63,424 nt of DNA, filler included, from Squatina squatina (GCA_031763465.1; 4 parts of 4 records of this genome joined end to end with filler, not necessarily neighbours in it), one strand, 5' to 3'. Positions 47,576-61,445 are shown, counted from the whole stretch's first letter. Program-made: numbers and translations. The notes: generated from the sequence alone by a model not told the origin.

Positions 47576-48869
47576 TCACTGCTTCAGTTGTGTTCGAGAA
47601 ATGAATTTGCTGCTTCCCAATGAATTGGTAGTGCTGCACTCCACTGTGTGACTTAGAGCATCATGGCTGTCTAACAATGCTGCTTTATAGGCTACAGTAC
47701 TATTACTGAAGCCTGCCATTTCATGTCAGCACAACATCTTAATGTACATGCATTACAGATCTTCAGACCTCTTCTTTATACTGGCTTGTGTCTGTCCCTC
47801 CAGTAAACTTGGTGAACTGAAGCACTCCTTTTACTGGCATGTGTGTCTAATGAATTTCAATAGAGCTCACTGAATAGTGGCATTGTATAGGAGTGGAACT
47901 ACAGTTTAAAAAGCGTTTAAAAGTTACAACATAACCTGTTTTGACTGCTGATTAAAAATAAATGTATGCATAGACCACTGAAAAAGCCACACCATAAATA
48001 AGGGATGTTAACCAGAAATGAAGAAAAAACCACAACAGTGAATTTGATATGGCTCCATGCAATGGGCAGACAGCAACTCCTTTAAGACTAACACTTAATA
48101 AATGCACACAAAGTGCTCCAACTTCACCTGAGGCACAGCCATTTCTCCAGACAGTTTAGAAGATGGGAGTCCACAGTGACTTTATATTTTACTTATTACT
48201 CTTGACACCAGAGGTGTGAATAATGGACTAAAATCTTCCAGCCATAATGAAAACTGGGGCAAGAACAAAATAGAGGATTTAAGGGAACAGCTTAAAAACT
48301 TGATTGCTTCCCATTTGAAGACTGTGATAAAGAATACTTGCAGCAGACTTTTTTTTAGGAATGCTTACTTAACCGTTAATGATTCCCAGTGTAGTAAAGC
48401 TTTATAGAATTCACACTCCAATGATGTGAGCCTCTGGATTTTTGATTCCACTTCTCATATGAAGATCACGTGCCTGATATTCAGTTGCCAGACCAACATT
48501 TATGCTTTGTATTTTCCACAGAAAGCTGGAGAATGTCATAAGATTGAAACTAAAATAGGAATAAGTAGACTTGGACCATTTATACCAAATTGTGTGTAAA
48601 TTTATAACCAATAGGAATGCTGCAGTGTGTTGATCAGCAAATCCAAGAAATTGCTGAGGAAAGTATTGTAAAATTACTTCATTCTTTATTAGTAATGCAA
48701 TAATTGCCAATAAACCAATACTGAAAAGTACAAGTGCATAATTTAGGTGTACCATTACTGGATGTGAGCCATCATCAGAGACACCACATGTATATAAAGC
48801 AGGTGCCATGTGACTGCACTGTTGGTCAGTTTACAAAGAGCACTGGAATGAGTTCTTGTCCTTGCTGGC

Positions 48870-49105
48870 TGTTACCATTGGCTCTTTTTTGTTCCATAAA
48901 ATTACAAGATGAAAGGAGATGCAGGAAAAATAGTTTCTGTAGGAAAGCAAATGGTATGTTGGCTGTTATTTAAAAAAAAAAGGGATTGGAGTATAAGAGT
49001 TAAGAAATTTTTCTTCAATGTTATGTAGAGCTTTGGAAAGACCACACTTGAAGTACTGTGTATGCTCGCCTTAGAGGGAGTGCAATAAAGGTTTACTAGA
49101 CTGAT
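48870..49105 (+). mobile_element. CR1 ORF2 fragment
   Basis: RKANGMLAVI...GLEYKS...LCRALERPHL.YC. Confidence 0.65.
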
Positions 49106-49483
49106 GGGGGGGATTGGTTGGGGCCAGAGTTTGCAGTCGGAGGCTTCCTGCGTGCGGTGGCCTCCGACTGTAAATATTTCTACGAGCTTACCTTGGGTCC
49201 CTGGAGGTTCAAAGACTTTGGTTTGTGGGCCTCTCTGGTTGCCCATGCGTAGTGGGCCTCACGTCCTATCCACGTATACAGTTCGCAGGCGTGGATAAGA
49301 TCACATGGTTGGGTCCAGTAAGTGTATTCCCATTCATACTAATGGTGATTATGGATATTCGGAATCATCATTGGTATGAATGGGCATACCCCCAAAAACA
49401 CACAAGCACTAAAAATACATTTAAAAAAAAAAATTACATATTTAACATTAATCAAAATAGAATTTTATTAATTACTTAAAAGA

Positions 49484-49583
49484 NNNNNNNNNNNNNNNNN
49501 NNNNNNNNNNNNNNNNNNNNNNNNNNNTTAATTAATTAANNNNNNNNNNNNNNNNNNNNNNNNNNNNNNNNNNNNNNNNNNNN
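49484..49583. other. Synthetic scaffolding linker N44-TTAATTAATTAA-N44
   Basis: 12-mer at 49528-49539, flanked by 44 N on each side. Confidence 0.95.
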
Positions 49584-52500
49584 CCAGAATTTACAGTGCA
49601 GAGACAGGCCATTTGGTCCAACTGGTCCATGCTGATGTTTATGCTTGCTGATGTACTTCATCCAACCCTATCTGCACACCCTTTATTCCTATCTCCCTCA
49701 TGTATTTATCTAGCTTCCCCTTAAAGTTATCTCTGCTATTCGCCTTAACTACTCCATGTGATGTATGAATATTCTGCATTTTTAAATTATATTTTAGCAA
49801 ATCGCTTGCAACATTGCACAAATTGAATGCTCAAGATGAACTTCATGAGTGGGCACCTTCAGGAGTGGAAGACAGAAAAGAGACACAAATCAGCAACATC
49901 AGCATAGACAGAAATACTGAATTGGACCAGCTTTAGTGCTCTGCAAAGTTAACAAGTTACACTCAGTTTACGTCATGTGCCTGCAAATTGCTTATTTGGT
50001 GTGGTTTCGAAACCATCTGTGGCGAAGAACTTCACAGGAACACAGGAGCATTGCAGAATAAAGCATTTAACTGATATTTATGAAAATATTGGAAATCTCT
50101 GTGAAAGCAAACTGCACCCAAACATTCACATGAAGCCAAAAGTGAGAGGGATATAGCAGTGTGGAGCTGTGAAAATAATTCACCAGTTGGCAGAGGCAGA
50201 GAACGTTACACAAAAATGCTTCAACTGCAGCACCTAATTAAGCAATCTAAATTCAGGATGCTGACAAGTGCTTGTATGTGTGTGCCTGTTTCTGCTTCTG
50301 TGTGTCGACGTAACTGTGCACATTGTCTTTGTGTTTATCTGCGTAGCTGCTATTGTGTGAGCTTTATGCGTTTGCGATTTAAGCCTTATTGATGGAGCAA
50401 TGCAGTGGTGAGCTGGCATCAGAATCATACTAGGCCATCACTGTCTCACGGTTACAACACCTGAAATATTAAAAAGACACTGATTTTTCTTCATGTCTGC
50501 AGTGGTTCAAGAAGAGAGCTCACCACCACTTTCTCAAGGTCAATTTGGGATGGGCAAAAAAATGACAGCCTTGGCAGCGATGCCCACATCCCGTGAATGA
50601 ATATAAAAAAATTAACTGGTTAAACGCCAAAAGTATGCTACATATACTTGGGCGTCTCTAAGCCTTGGTTGTGCCAACCTACACCAAAACTCTCTGGAAT
50701 TAGATTAGTGTACCTATCGAGAGAGTATGCAAACAACATTGGGCAACTACAAGTTCTACTTGTGTACATTTCTTAGTAGCAACATTCTGGAGACTCTAAT
50801 ATGGTGAAGGTGATAGGTTTCCACATATGTCTGACATCTAATTAACAAACATATTGAAAATATGATGTTGATGATTAACAAATCATGCTCCATACATTTG
50901 GAAAGAAAAAAGATGTTGTTGGTGTTCCTAATACTGTGAGGCCAAAATTCGGTTGCACCACCAAGTTTTATATGATTGAATACTTAGCGTCTAGCGAAAT
51001 GGGCTGCAAAATTGTGGGAAATTGGGCACTTTTCCCTCAAAAATGCAGCGAGGCGGTAACTGAGGCGCTAATGGCCTCAGTGGGGTGCTACAGGGGTGAT
51101 AGTACCAGGGCTGCATCCAATTTCATCGTCGGCCGACGNNNNNNNNNNNNNNNNNNNNNNNNNNNNNNNNNNNNNNNNNNNNNNNNNNNNNNNNNNNNNN
51201 NNNNNNNNNNNNNNNNNNNNNNNNNNNNNNNNNNNNNNTCTCCTGGCCCCGAGATCACCCCCAAGCCAATCTCGACCCCTCCCTAGCCTCGTGTTGTCTC
51301 GTCAGCCCATCTCTGACCTGATCCCTGGACCTACTTACCTGATGCTAGCGGCTGCCCGATTATTCTCCAGCCCTTGGCAGCGGGCTGTTGCGCCATGCCG
51401 GTCTATTACAATGGGGGACGAGACCCAATATCTGGCGAACCTTGGACCTCACCACTCTGGTGCAGTGTATTTACCCTTCGCCACTATGCATCCAAAGATG
51501 GACGCTCCTGAATTTCTGGCCCATAAGGTTTCGCTCATTAAATGTAAGGATTTCTGAATTAAAAGCTGAGATGGAGACAAAAATGTTGAACGGTTATATT
51601 CAGATAGAATGTGATGTAATATTGTTTGGTACCATAAAATTGGTTGAAATCAATACACCTGTCCCAAAAATACTATACAGCACATAGCACATTACAACCA
51701 TATCTACCTGATCAATTTACAATGTATATCATAATCCCTAGTCTTATTGAGCAAGAAGTAATAATATATTGAAGTAAGTGGTTTCATATTATGATAATAT
51801 TGCTGTCTCACTTGCCATTTAATATGAATGGAAGAGATTTATGAAATTATCGACTGTTGATACGTCCTTAAAACTTTTAACATCAAACAGTTAATCAAGG
51901 TTTGAAACCTGTGCATATAATGCTTTCATAATACCTGGAAATTACAGATATTAAAGTTACTGATGTTAGATTAGTTTTATTACATGCTGGATGTGACTCC
52001 CAAGAGTTCTGATACTAAATAGCAGGCAATTTGGTTGACATTGATAGGAAGGTGCCAATAATGCAGTTTTTCCTTTCGTAAAGCCTTGCCTGCAAATACT
52101 GTGCACTCATTTTTGGAATAGACAAAGCTCAACAAATATGTTAATTCATGTACATCCTCTCTCTACTCAGAGATTTTTTAATATCTTTTTAAATGTAATA
52201 CTTTTCCAAGTTATCTTTCCCTCTTATCTAAGTTTCAATGATTCTGTAACCATTCTATAAGTCAGGGCACTATTTGGATTCCACAGCTGGGAGGGACAAG
52301 TGGTGTGTAAAACTGCTATACATTTTGGATCGATACACAATATTGAGGTGATGCAGTTCTAGGGCAAAATGGCTCCAGATATTGCAGAGTACTTGCTGTG
52401 ACGTACTTCAAATATTGAAGTACTGAGCTATGTTTCCCCTTAGCTCAGTTTTTTTTTAAACTGGGAACTCTGAATCAAGCATAGGATAAGAATCCTGATT

Positions 52501-53547
52501 TTCTTTTTTTCAGAATATGTGATTTTTGAGTCAAATTAGATTTGAAATGTGGCTCTAGGATTCATTCCCTCTGGCTTTCAGAGGGATGTGCTACTATTTG
52601 ATTCCTGTGTTGTGGGGATGAGTTGATGGGCTGTCAGCTCCAAAATATTTTAATGCAAGGTAAGCACTTTCCAACACTTTCTTTCCTTTTTTGGTAGGTA
52701 GACGGAGAGGTGTACACTTTGAGGTAAGGAATGCAGCAGTAACGAGACAGAGGATAGGGTTAGAATTATCACCACACATTCGCCTGATTGCTGAAAATGC
52801 AGCTTCTTTTTTTTTCTTTCTTTAGACTGCAGCAGCAAACAATGTTAATGACGGACTAGGCTTGATTTGTTTTTTAAAATTTAAAATTTAAAAAAATCAA
52901 TTTTTGTACGTGGAAGAAGTTTGTGCCAAATAAATATATCAGTCATTGGGCAGACCTTCCCAATTGCCTCTTCCATACATTACACTTAAGAAGCAATTTG
53001 ATGCAGTTATTGATGTGGTTTTAGTTTTGACAAAAGGTTTGCCACAATGTAGATGGTTGTTAGATAAGCTAGTAGATGTAAAAGCTCATGAAAGAAATGT
53101 ACCTTTTAGTTTTGATGATTGTAGTCAACGATTAAAAAGATCTTTTGATTGTATGATCACAGCAGTTCAGGATGGATTCTTTGGTAGTATAGAATGAATG
53201 ACTGTTTGACCAATTAGCCCTTAGCGCCCACTTCAAACTGTCTTCGCTAAGAACACATTTTGGTCAAGAACAACATTTGTTTTACCTGCTTCATGCCATA
53301 ATATTAGGTCAACTCTGCACCTCATAAGGAACTCTCCATGAATTCATGTTTATAGCAAAGTATTCGAAATGATTGGGGTGTAACTAGAAGCTCATTAACT
53401 GTGTCTGCACAGTAAAAGAAACTTTCTTCAAAGTTATTTCGTCAAAANNNNNNNNNNNNNNNNNNNNNNNNNNNNNNNNNNNNNNNNNNNNNNNNNNNNN
53501 NNNNNNNNNNNNNNNNNNNNNNNNNNNNNNNNNNNNNNNNNNNNNNN

Positions 53548-53735
53548 TTTTAAAAAGTGGGGTTACATTAGCTACCCTCCAATCCACAGGAACTGATCCA
53601 GAATCTAGAGAATTTTGGAAAAAGATCACCAATGCATCCACTATTTCTGGGGCTACTTCTTTAAGTACTCTGGGATACAGACTATCAGGCCCTGGGGATT
53701 TTTCTGCCTTCAATCCCATAAATTTAACTAACACT
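53548..53735 (-). mobile_element. Relatively young CR1 RT fragment
   Basis: Uninterrupted LKAEKSPGPDSLYPRVLKEVAPEIVDALVIFFQNSLDSGSVPVDWRVANVTPLFK. Confidence 0.9.
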
Positions 53736-55474
53736 ATTTGCAGTGATACCAAATATTTTCATAGTACAAATGGTTTGCACCATGACCTTTCTTAGTAATT
53801 AAAAAAAAATGCAAAATATTTTTTAAAAGTTTGTACAGTGGTAGTGTATTGTGATAGGAATGGTATAGAGGTGGTGAGTGGGTTTGTGCTTGTTGTGTGA
53901 AAAGAACTGTGTTTGAGTAAAATTCACAAGTAATGTAATAAAAGGCATTAAATCCCTCCCCAAAAAACCTGAGACCATATTCCAGGCTATGCTGTCCCTA
54001 GTACAAGAAAAGTTTGCAAGTCTTGCATAGGTTAAGGGAAAAAACTGAAAAATATCCTGGGGAATGGACAAGAACAACCCAGCTCTTTCATGTATTCTGT
54101 GGCACAGTGAGTTGCACTCACTGCTTGTCAGCATCTGTGGAGATGTCTTTCGGTAGGAGCATTTGGTCTGTCTGACTGAGTTGGACATAGTGATAGATTG
54201 TTTCCCTGATCAGTGTGACAGTAACGAGAGGGCACACGTTTAAGATAATTACTAAAGAATTGAAGGAAAGGTTAGGAAAAATATCTTTACACAGTACGTG
54301 ATTAGAATGTGGAATCCTCTGCCACAACCTATTACTAAAACAGACACATAAATTCTTTTAAAAGGGGCTTAAACAGTTGCTTGAAAAAGAGGAATAGAAA
54401 GGATACAGGAACGAGTAAAAAAACTTACACGCATCCTTNNNNNNNNNNCAATATAGGACATGTATATTTAATATGTACAAATTTGACACACATATATAAT
54501 ATATATATAAATATGACACACATATATAATGGCCCAGATTTCACAGTGGGTATGATGGCATCTGAGTCTGGGTCTGAGTACACCATCATACCGTCTTTCA
54601 AAATGACCACACGCGCTTGCGCATGCACTAAGTCCCAAACTTGCGATCTGTCAAGTTCCAACAGCACATAGGCTTCGCTGCATGTTTCACCTCCTCATAC
54701 AAATGAACGTGCTCATGAAATGTTGGTTTAATTGCCCATCCAACGGAAAATTAATAACTCTGAACATTTTTACGTCTGGTGCAAACANNNNNNNNNNNNN
54801 NNNNNNNNNNNNNNNNNNNNNNNNNNNNNNNNNNNNNNNNNNNNNNNNNNNNNNNNNNNNNNNNNNNNNNNNNNNNNNNNNNNNNNNAAACATTGCTGCT
54901 GTCACATTAAAAGGCTCATTTGTATTTAATCTCCCATTCTCTCTCATCTACGATATATCGAGGGAGCTCGTTCTGTCCATTAGATGATTTGCATTGATAA
55001 ACGCATAGCAAATTTGTTTCCAGCAGATTAGGTTATTTATACTGAAAGGAAGGGATTATGTCCATTATCCCAGCTGTGATTTGCTTTTCGAAATAGCGGT
55101 AACGTCTTGCTTATTGGGTAAAAAAATAGCTTGAGAAAATTGAATGGAACTAATATCAATGCAATGTTTTATGAACAGACAATTGTTTTATGAGATGAGC
55201 CATGACCAGGACAGAGAGTCAAAATTACCCCCTTTTTGAAGTCCAATGGGATTAGACTATGCCGCCTTACCAGACCAGCAGTTAAAGGATGCCCACTTGG
55301 GGAAACGAGCTGCTCCCGGCAAAAGTTCTCTGTGTATTTATGGCAGAAATAGTCCAAGTAAATGCTTATTTCTATTCTATTTATACAATTAACCATTCAA
55401 TTCTGTAACTGAATGACATGCGTGTTTAATAACCTTTTAAAGTGAGTTGTGGGCAAATGAGCAAACTCTATTTT

Positions 55475-55515
55475 CTGATTGGCTAAGTGTTAGGAAGTGA
55501 AAAGAGCACCGCCCC
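55475..55515 (+). promoter_or_regulatory. Compact CCAAT / ETS-IRF composite / GC-box cluster
   Basis: CTGATTGGCT 55475-55484; GGAAGTGAAA 55493-55502; CCGCCCC 55509-55515. Confidence 0.35.
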
Positions 55516-56299
55516 ATGTGATCCCAGGTTTGTATCTGCATCACGGTCCGCTCCTGGGATCCAGGGGCCACTGTGCTGCGCACAACACTGCAATGTTTGA
55601 AAGCAAGTTTTCAAAGAGGTTCACACGAGATCAGTGCGGATGTCCTTCGAATGTCGGCAGCGTACTACAATTTCAGGGCTGCTATGCATATAATTATGTG
55701 TGTGCATGTTTCTATAATTTCGGTTGCATCTAGCCTTGTTTAATGTATCATTGATAATATCGAGAGTTGTTATTAAATTGCAAACGTGCTTATAACTTTT
55801 TCAGCTCAAGATCTTAATTGGATTATGTTGCACTTAGATCGCTGTCCTAGCAAAATCTGTTTGAGATGTCAAGCTCAGCTGGATATTCGCTTATAATGAC
55901 TTGACCACTTTTAATCCTCAGATCACTTGTTCCAGTATCCACTGAACAAGAGGATATATCTCAGCGGAACTCAAATTCCCAGCAGCTAGATTCACCATGC
56001 TCTGCATTAAGGTCATCTGACTAAGATAAATTGATGTAATTGATGGATCATTAACTCTTTATTGGTGCAAGAAATGTTAGCATAATTCTAATTCACATTG
56101 TACAGGTATCAAGAACATAGGGAAGAAGACAGGCAGTAACGAAGTCAGCAAGTTTCACAGCAGTCGTACNNNNNNNNNNNNNNNNNNNNNNNNNNNNNNN
56201 NNNNNNNNNNNNNNNNNNNNNNNNNNNNNNNNNNNNNNNNNNNNNNNNNNNNNNNNNNNNNNNNNNNNNAACAACGCTGGCACCATTTTACAGAATGCT

Positions 56300-56540
56300 A
56301 ACCATTCCAAACAACGTGACACTATACGCGTAAGGTCGTTAAACTTCTTGTGGCATTGAGTGCCAGTCCTGGCCTCCACATCAGAGGCGGGCGCCTCCAT
56401 TGCTATCTGCCTCTAAAGCCGTCTCACAAGCTGGGCAATGCCTTTTCATCCACCTCTACCAGCCTGTCTGCCCTTCTGGAGATGGAAGCCACAAGAGTCT
56501 CAAGTGCCGAGTCGGTAAACTTTGTGGCCCTCGGCCCTCT
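56300..56540 (-). mobile_element. Harbinger Myb/SANT-like ORF remnant
   Basis: KFTDSALETLVAS...WQ...ASDVEARTGTQCHKKFNDLTRIV; homologous to 13029-13233. Confidence 0.65.
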
Positions 56541-57721
56541 CCCATGAGCTGCCATTCAGTAAATGTAAGGGAGAACGTTCACCCACCACCACTGAGCTAC
56601 CTCTTTCCCTTTCAACAGTGACCTAAGCACTGATTTTCAAACATTAATCAGCTCCTTTAAGTGCTGAGGTGGGCTTGCAACTCATTGACTCAAATCGGCT
56701 ACTTCAAAGAATTGGTCCCATGGAACCCTTAACGCCCATTTACCACTGCACCTAATCCTCATAATGCTCATTTTAAGCTGGATGTAGACCTCGCCTGAAA
56801 AAAAATGACAAGAATCGAATTTCCCAGCATAATTTAGCAGCACAAAATGGCCGCAAAAAAGACACATATTCAGCTCCTTAAGTTACCAGTGTGACGCAAT
56901 CCAATTGGGCCCCCCAAGTGCTGTGGTCCTCCACATTACTGGACACCTTATAGCAGAGAAGGGTGAGAAAGGGTCTGCTTGGTCATGGGCATCTTGCGAG
57001 GGATCACCCTTGGACTGGACAAGGAAGGGGAGGAGGAGATGAGGCCAGGCAGAGCAGCACCAGCTGCTGCATGAGGGAGGGTCTGGATTGCGAGCAGGGT
57101 GAGGTGGCGTCCTTCCCCCCCATTGTGGGTACAGGACATCCCTCCTCTTCTGGACCTCCTTCACCGCGGACCTCCAGTGCTGCATGTGAGAATCTGTGTG
57201 CCCTCTCCCTCAGTCCCTGAGCCATCCTGCAATGTGCCAGCCCATGTGCCCGCCAGAGCACTCCACACCTTCAGTGGAAGTGGGTGCGAGGTGCCTACAT
57301 ATACTGCTCCATGAAAATTGCATCTAATTTGAGTGCTAAACCTACAGATGTCTGGTGCAGCACCTCCAGGCAAGTTCAGATTATGGCAATCAGCAATTAG
57401 GACCAAAATTGTGCATTAATTCCTGGCTTTCAAACAGGCATATCTGATTAGCAAAGCACCCATTTAGCTTTTCTTTACCCTTTGGCCAAAATAATTTCCA
57501 TTGAGGCTAGGTCAATTGAAAATTTAAAAACTAAGATTGATATATTTTTGTTAGATAAGGGTATTAAGAGATACGGAACCAAGGTGGGTAAATGGAGTTA
57601 GGATACAGATCAGCCTTGATCTAATTGAATGGTGTATCAGGCTCAAGGGGTTGAATGGCCTACTCCTTTTCTTATGTTCCTATGATTCCAGTATGGCATC
57701 CACAGATGAGGGTAGGGAACA

Positions 57722-57890
57722 AATAAGTCCCATGACACTGCAGGAAATGTGATAGAGCGGGCTATTGGCATTATTTACTCTGGGTGTCTCTAAATCTAGT
57801 GGAACCCTTGAGTACAGTCCAGCAAGAGTGTCCAGAATTATATTAGCTTGCTGTGTGCTGCATAATATCGCTATTCTGAAAGGATTACGA
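57722..57890 (+). mobile_element. PIF/Harbinger (HARBI1-type DDE) transposase C-terminal remnant
   Basis: NKSHDTAGNVIERAIGI / frameshift / SGTLEYSPARVSRIILACCVLHNIAILKG; the VIER and ACCVLHN motifs are diagnostic. Confidence 0.8.
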
Positions 57891-59536
57891 CTTTTTGAAG
57901 CTTAAGAGGATGACAATGATGAAGGGGGAGATGGTCCTCCATCTATACAGTCAGACAAGGATGTCCAGGAGGGAGAAGAGCAAGAGATCCATCAGCATGC
58001 TGCCTGAGGAAAGAAGCAACAGCTTATTGCTGATAGCTTTGAACTAAAAAAAAACTGTACAGCAAAATAAAAATCCTTCTGTCCTGTCTGTTAGTCACAC
58101 TCCCAATAACCTCATTATGACCTGCATTCCAAAAGGCAGCTGTATCTTTCCTCTGTAATGGTACTCTCACATTCTCACATCAATTCAGTTCACTAAGTTG
58201 AATACATCCAGAGTGCATTATTGTTTTCAGATGNNNNNNNNNNNNNNNNNNNNNNNNNNNNNNNNNNNNNNNNNNNNNNNNNNNNNNNNNNNNNNNNNNN
58301 NNNNNNNNNNNNNNNNNNNNNNNNNNNNNNNNNAAAATGTCCAAAGAGTCCCACTTCCAGCGTTAAATTCGGAGCTTTGCGCGAGAAATGCCCAAAACAC
58401 GAATTGGCCGCCCTTCGTGCCTTAGAACGTGAGCTGTGTCACTTCTTGCCCTTTCTGGTATCGACGCATTGTTTCACTTGGGCCATTCAGGCCCCTATCA
58501 TGCCACTGTTCCCTTATTACTTAGGTAATCATGTCAGCAGCATAATTTCCCAGAAACTGCCATGCAATCTTGAATATTGATAGAATCTGCACTTCCGTAT
58601 ATGCTGCATATAATTCAGTCAGACATCACCATAGTTTCTGGTCAGCCAGACCAACTGAGGTCTTTGTTGTGGGCATGCTTCTTCCTGCTGGATGGTATAA
58701 TTTTTCACATCAGATCTGGTTGCTACGACACTGAAAGGATTGCCGCCACCCGATTAAGCAGAACCGAGCTGATTGCTTTTGACTTTCTATTGATTTAACA
58801 CAGATGCAGAATGTAGAGTTGATATATGATTTATAGAAGACATCCAAGAATATCCTACAAATGTGTAAATTAATTTGTTACACATGAAATGTTAATGAGG
58901 TCGGAACGTGCTGCCCAGATAGTTTTGTTAATACAGTCGCTACGCTACAAAGCCTTTGCAGTAGATTGTTAACCAATATTTAAATGGAATGCAATCTCAA
59001 AAATCCAGTGCAAAAACGTTGCTGGAAACTTGCATGTTATTTTTGCATAGAAGTAGTTACATGCCAGTTCATCAGGGTTACTTGCACACTCCTGTGTCCA
59101 ATGCAATTCACTAGATGACTCTGCAGCCAGCCACCAGTGGTACTCTTTCAACTGATGGAGCATGTAGTGGTGGGGCAGATCGATTATTAATATGCTCAGG
59201 CACATAGCACATAAGGGGGAAACAAGACTCTTTATATGGTGCAACCTGTCATTCTTTTATTGTGCAGAACAAAAAAAAACAAGGGACCAAAAATGTGCAG
59301 CCTTTCTGGAAGACTTCCGGAGGAGTCTGCCAGAGGGCTGCTGATTTGGTACCAACATCATGTCAAAGATTCTGGACGGCCTTGTGAGGGTTAGAAGCTC
59401 AGTCTACTCCTTATAACATAGGAGAGTGCGATGCTGGGAGCAGATGCTCCCTACTCCTCTTTTGAAGGAACCTATAACACCTGTCACTAACTAATTATCC
59501 TTTAAACTAAAACTTAACTATAAAACAGTGTTCAGA

Positions 59537-59815
59537 CTAAAACCCTATTATCCCCGGTGATGATGCACTCCAGACCCCCGGTGCCCACCGGCCGCGGAAG
59601 GTCTTAAGTGTACCGGCGGACACCGCGTGCTCCATCGCCAGGGACACCCGGGCGCGAACGTAGCCGTGGAAGAGAGGCAGGCAGTCGGAGCAAACAACCC
59701 CCCCGATCGCCCGCTGCCTGGACCTATTAATGGCCAGTTTGGCCAGGCCCAGGAGCAGGTTCACGAGGAGGGCCTCCGACCGCCCTTCTCCCCCCCGCAC
59801 CGGGTGCCCGTAGAT
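59537..59815 (-). mobile_element. Tx1-type (L1 clade) LINE ORF2 C-terminus
   Basis: GC-rich; IYGHPVRGGEGRSEALLVNLLLGLAKLAINRSRQRA...FRGRWAPG. Confidence 0.7.
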
Positions 59816-61129
59816 NNNNNNNNNNNNNNNNNNNNNNNNNNNNNNNNNNNNNNNNNNNNNNNNNNNNNNNNNNNNNNNNNNNNNNNNNNNNNNNNNNNNN
59901 NNNNNNNNNNNNNNNTAGTAAGTACTCAATACACCACAACAGGGGACATAGAACTGACAAGGTGATAGCTGACAGCTTTAATCAGCTGAAACCCCCATTT
60001 CAAAGTGGAGCGCATACCGTCATACATCATTGCTATTAACAGATGGCTTAGGGTGAACTATTTTTATATGTGTTTTTAGCGAACATATTTCTTTAACTTT
60101 TTGACTTTGTGCTCAGAATGTTTCTTGTTTTTTTTTCTTTTCTTAACATTGGCATGTAAGAATTTTGCATATGTTCTTTGACTTTGAGTACTTTCAAAAA
60201 ATAGCTTATGAACTGGTCAAAATTTTAGGTTTTAATGTGTTACATAATAATGTGGCTATAGCGTATGAGCTATGATTGGGTAAAGTCATTCAGTGTTTGG
60301 TTTGATAAGAACTCATCCCAGCCAGTGGAGTAACAGTTGATAAGCCACATCTGTGGAATATAAGGTGTCTGAAATCATCTGCCACAGAGTCATTTTCAAA
60401 CTCATCCAAGAGAGCTGATAATGCTTCTCCATGATAAGAAATATTACATTCAACCCAGACTGTTCTCTTTCACCTCTGGGACATCAGCTGAAGAATTGTA
60501 TTGTCAGAGTCCAGTGGTCTGACTCACTATCTCAGGGAATGCTGCCATGATCTGTGAAGATGGAACAAATGATCAATAAAATAAAAGGAAATGACCCCTC
60601 AGTCCATTACAAATAGGAAGCCAGGTGTGACATGCTGATAGTTTATCAGAGTTAATGGGACAAGTGGTTCTTTGCTGAGATTTTTCTTTAGAATTGAGAA
60701 TATAATAGCTTTGGGCTGCAAAAAATCTATGGTAGTTGCAGCAAACTCCTGGCATGACCTAGCCAGGAGTCCGCTGGAATGGCCAGACTCTAAGCCGGCC
60801 CTGGTTTCTCCAGGTCACAAGGAGTTTCCTCTTTGGCTTGTTGAGGGATGAGCCTCCATCTGCCCCAGATATGGCCATCATCATGGAGGGCACAAAGCTG
60901 GGGATTCTGAATGAAAGAGTTTGTGGGCAACAGTCCTTCAATGGCACTTGGTGTATGGTCTGCCGTGGTATTCCCATGCATGGCCACCAATAGAGGTGGA
61001 AGTGGCATCAACCCTGGGAGTCCAGGCCTGAATTGAGGCTTGGATTCCTAAAGAGAAGTCACGTGTTTAAAATTAATTTTCCAATGTGGCCCCCTTGCTA
61101 AGGGTTTCAGCAGAAAGTGGACTGAAGTA

Positions 61130-61445
61130 GACACAGAGGTGGAGGCTGTTACCGAGATAGAAGTAGGCAATCTATGTGATGGAGAAGTTACAGGGTTGGA
61201 CGTTCAACTTGGGATTTAATAGTATACCAAGATTGCAAACAGTCTGGTTCAACCTGAGGCAGTGGGTTGGAAGGGGGATGGTATCGTTGGCACGGGTACA
61301 GAGTGCGTAGCGGGAGCTGAAAATGATGGCTTTGGTCTTCCCAATGTTTAACTGGAGGAAACTGTAGCACATCCAGGACTGAATGTCAGACAAGCAGTCG
61401 GACAACACAGAGTCAGTACAAGGGTCGGAAGAGGTGGTGGAGAGG
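61130..61445 (-). mobile_element. L2-clade LINE RT fragment
   Basis: LSDCLSDIQSWMCYSFLQLNIGKTKAIIF...RLNQTVCNLGIL; homologous to 33290-33440. Confidence 0.8.

Noticed and set aside
50939-51522. Complete MITE bounded by GGGCCAAAATT...AATTTCTGGCCC
   Set aside because: The ends lie on different contigs across a gap and no matching TSD is visible; they may be two separate copies.
54469-54530. 22-nt direct repeat in an AT-rich tract
   Set aside because: Ordinary slippage around a (TA)n microsatellite.
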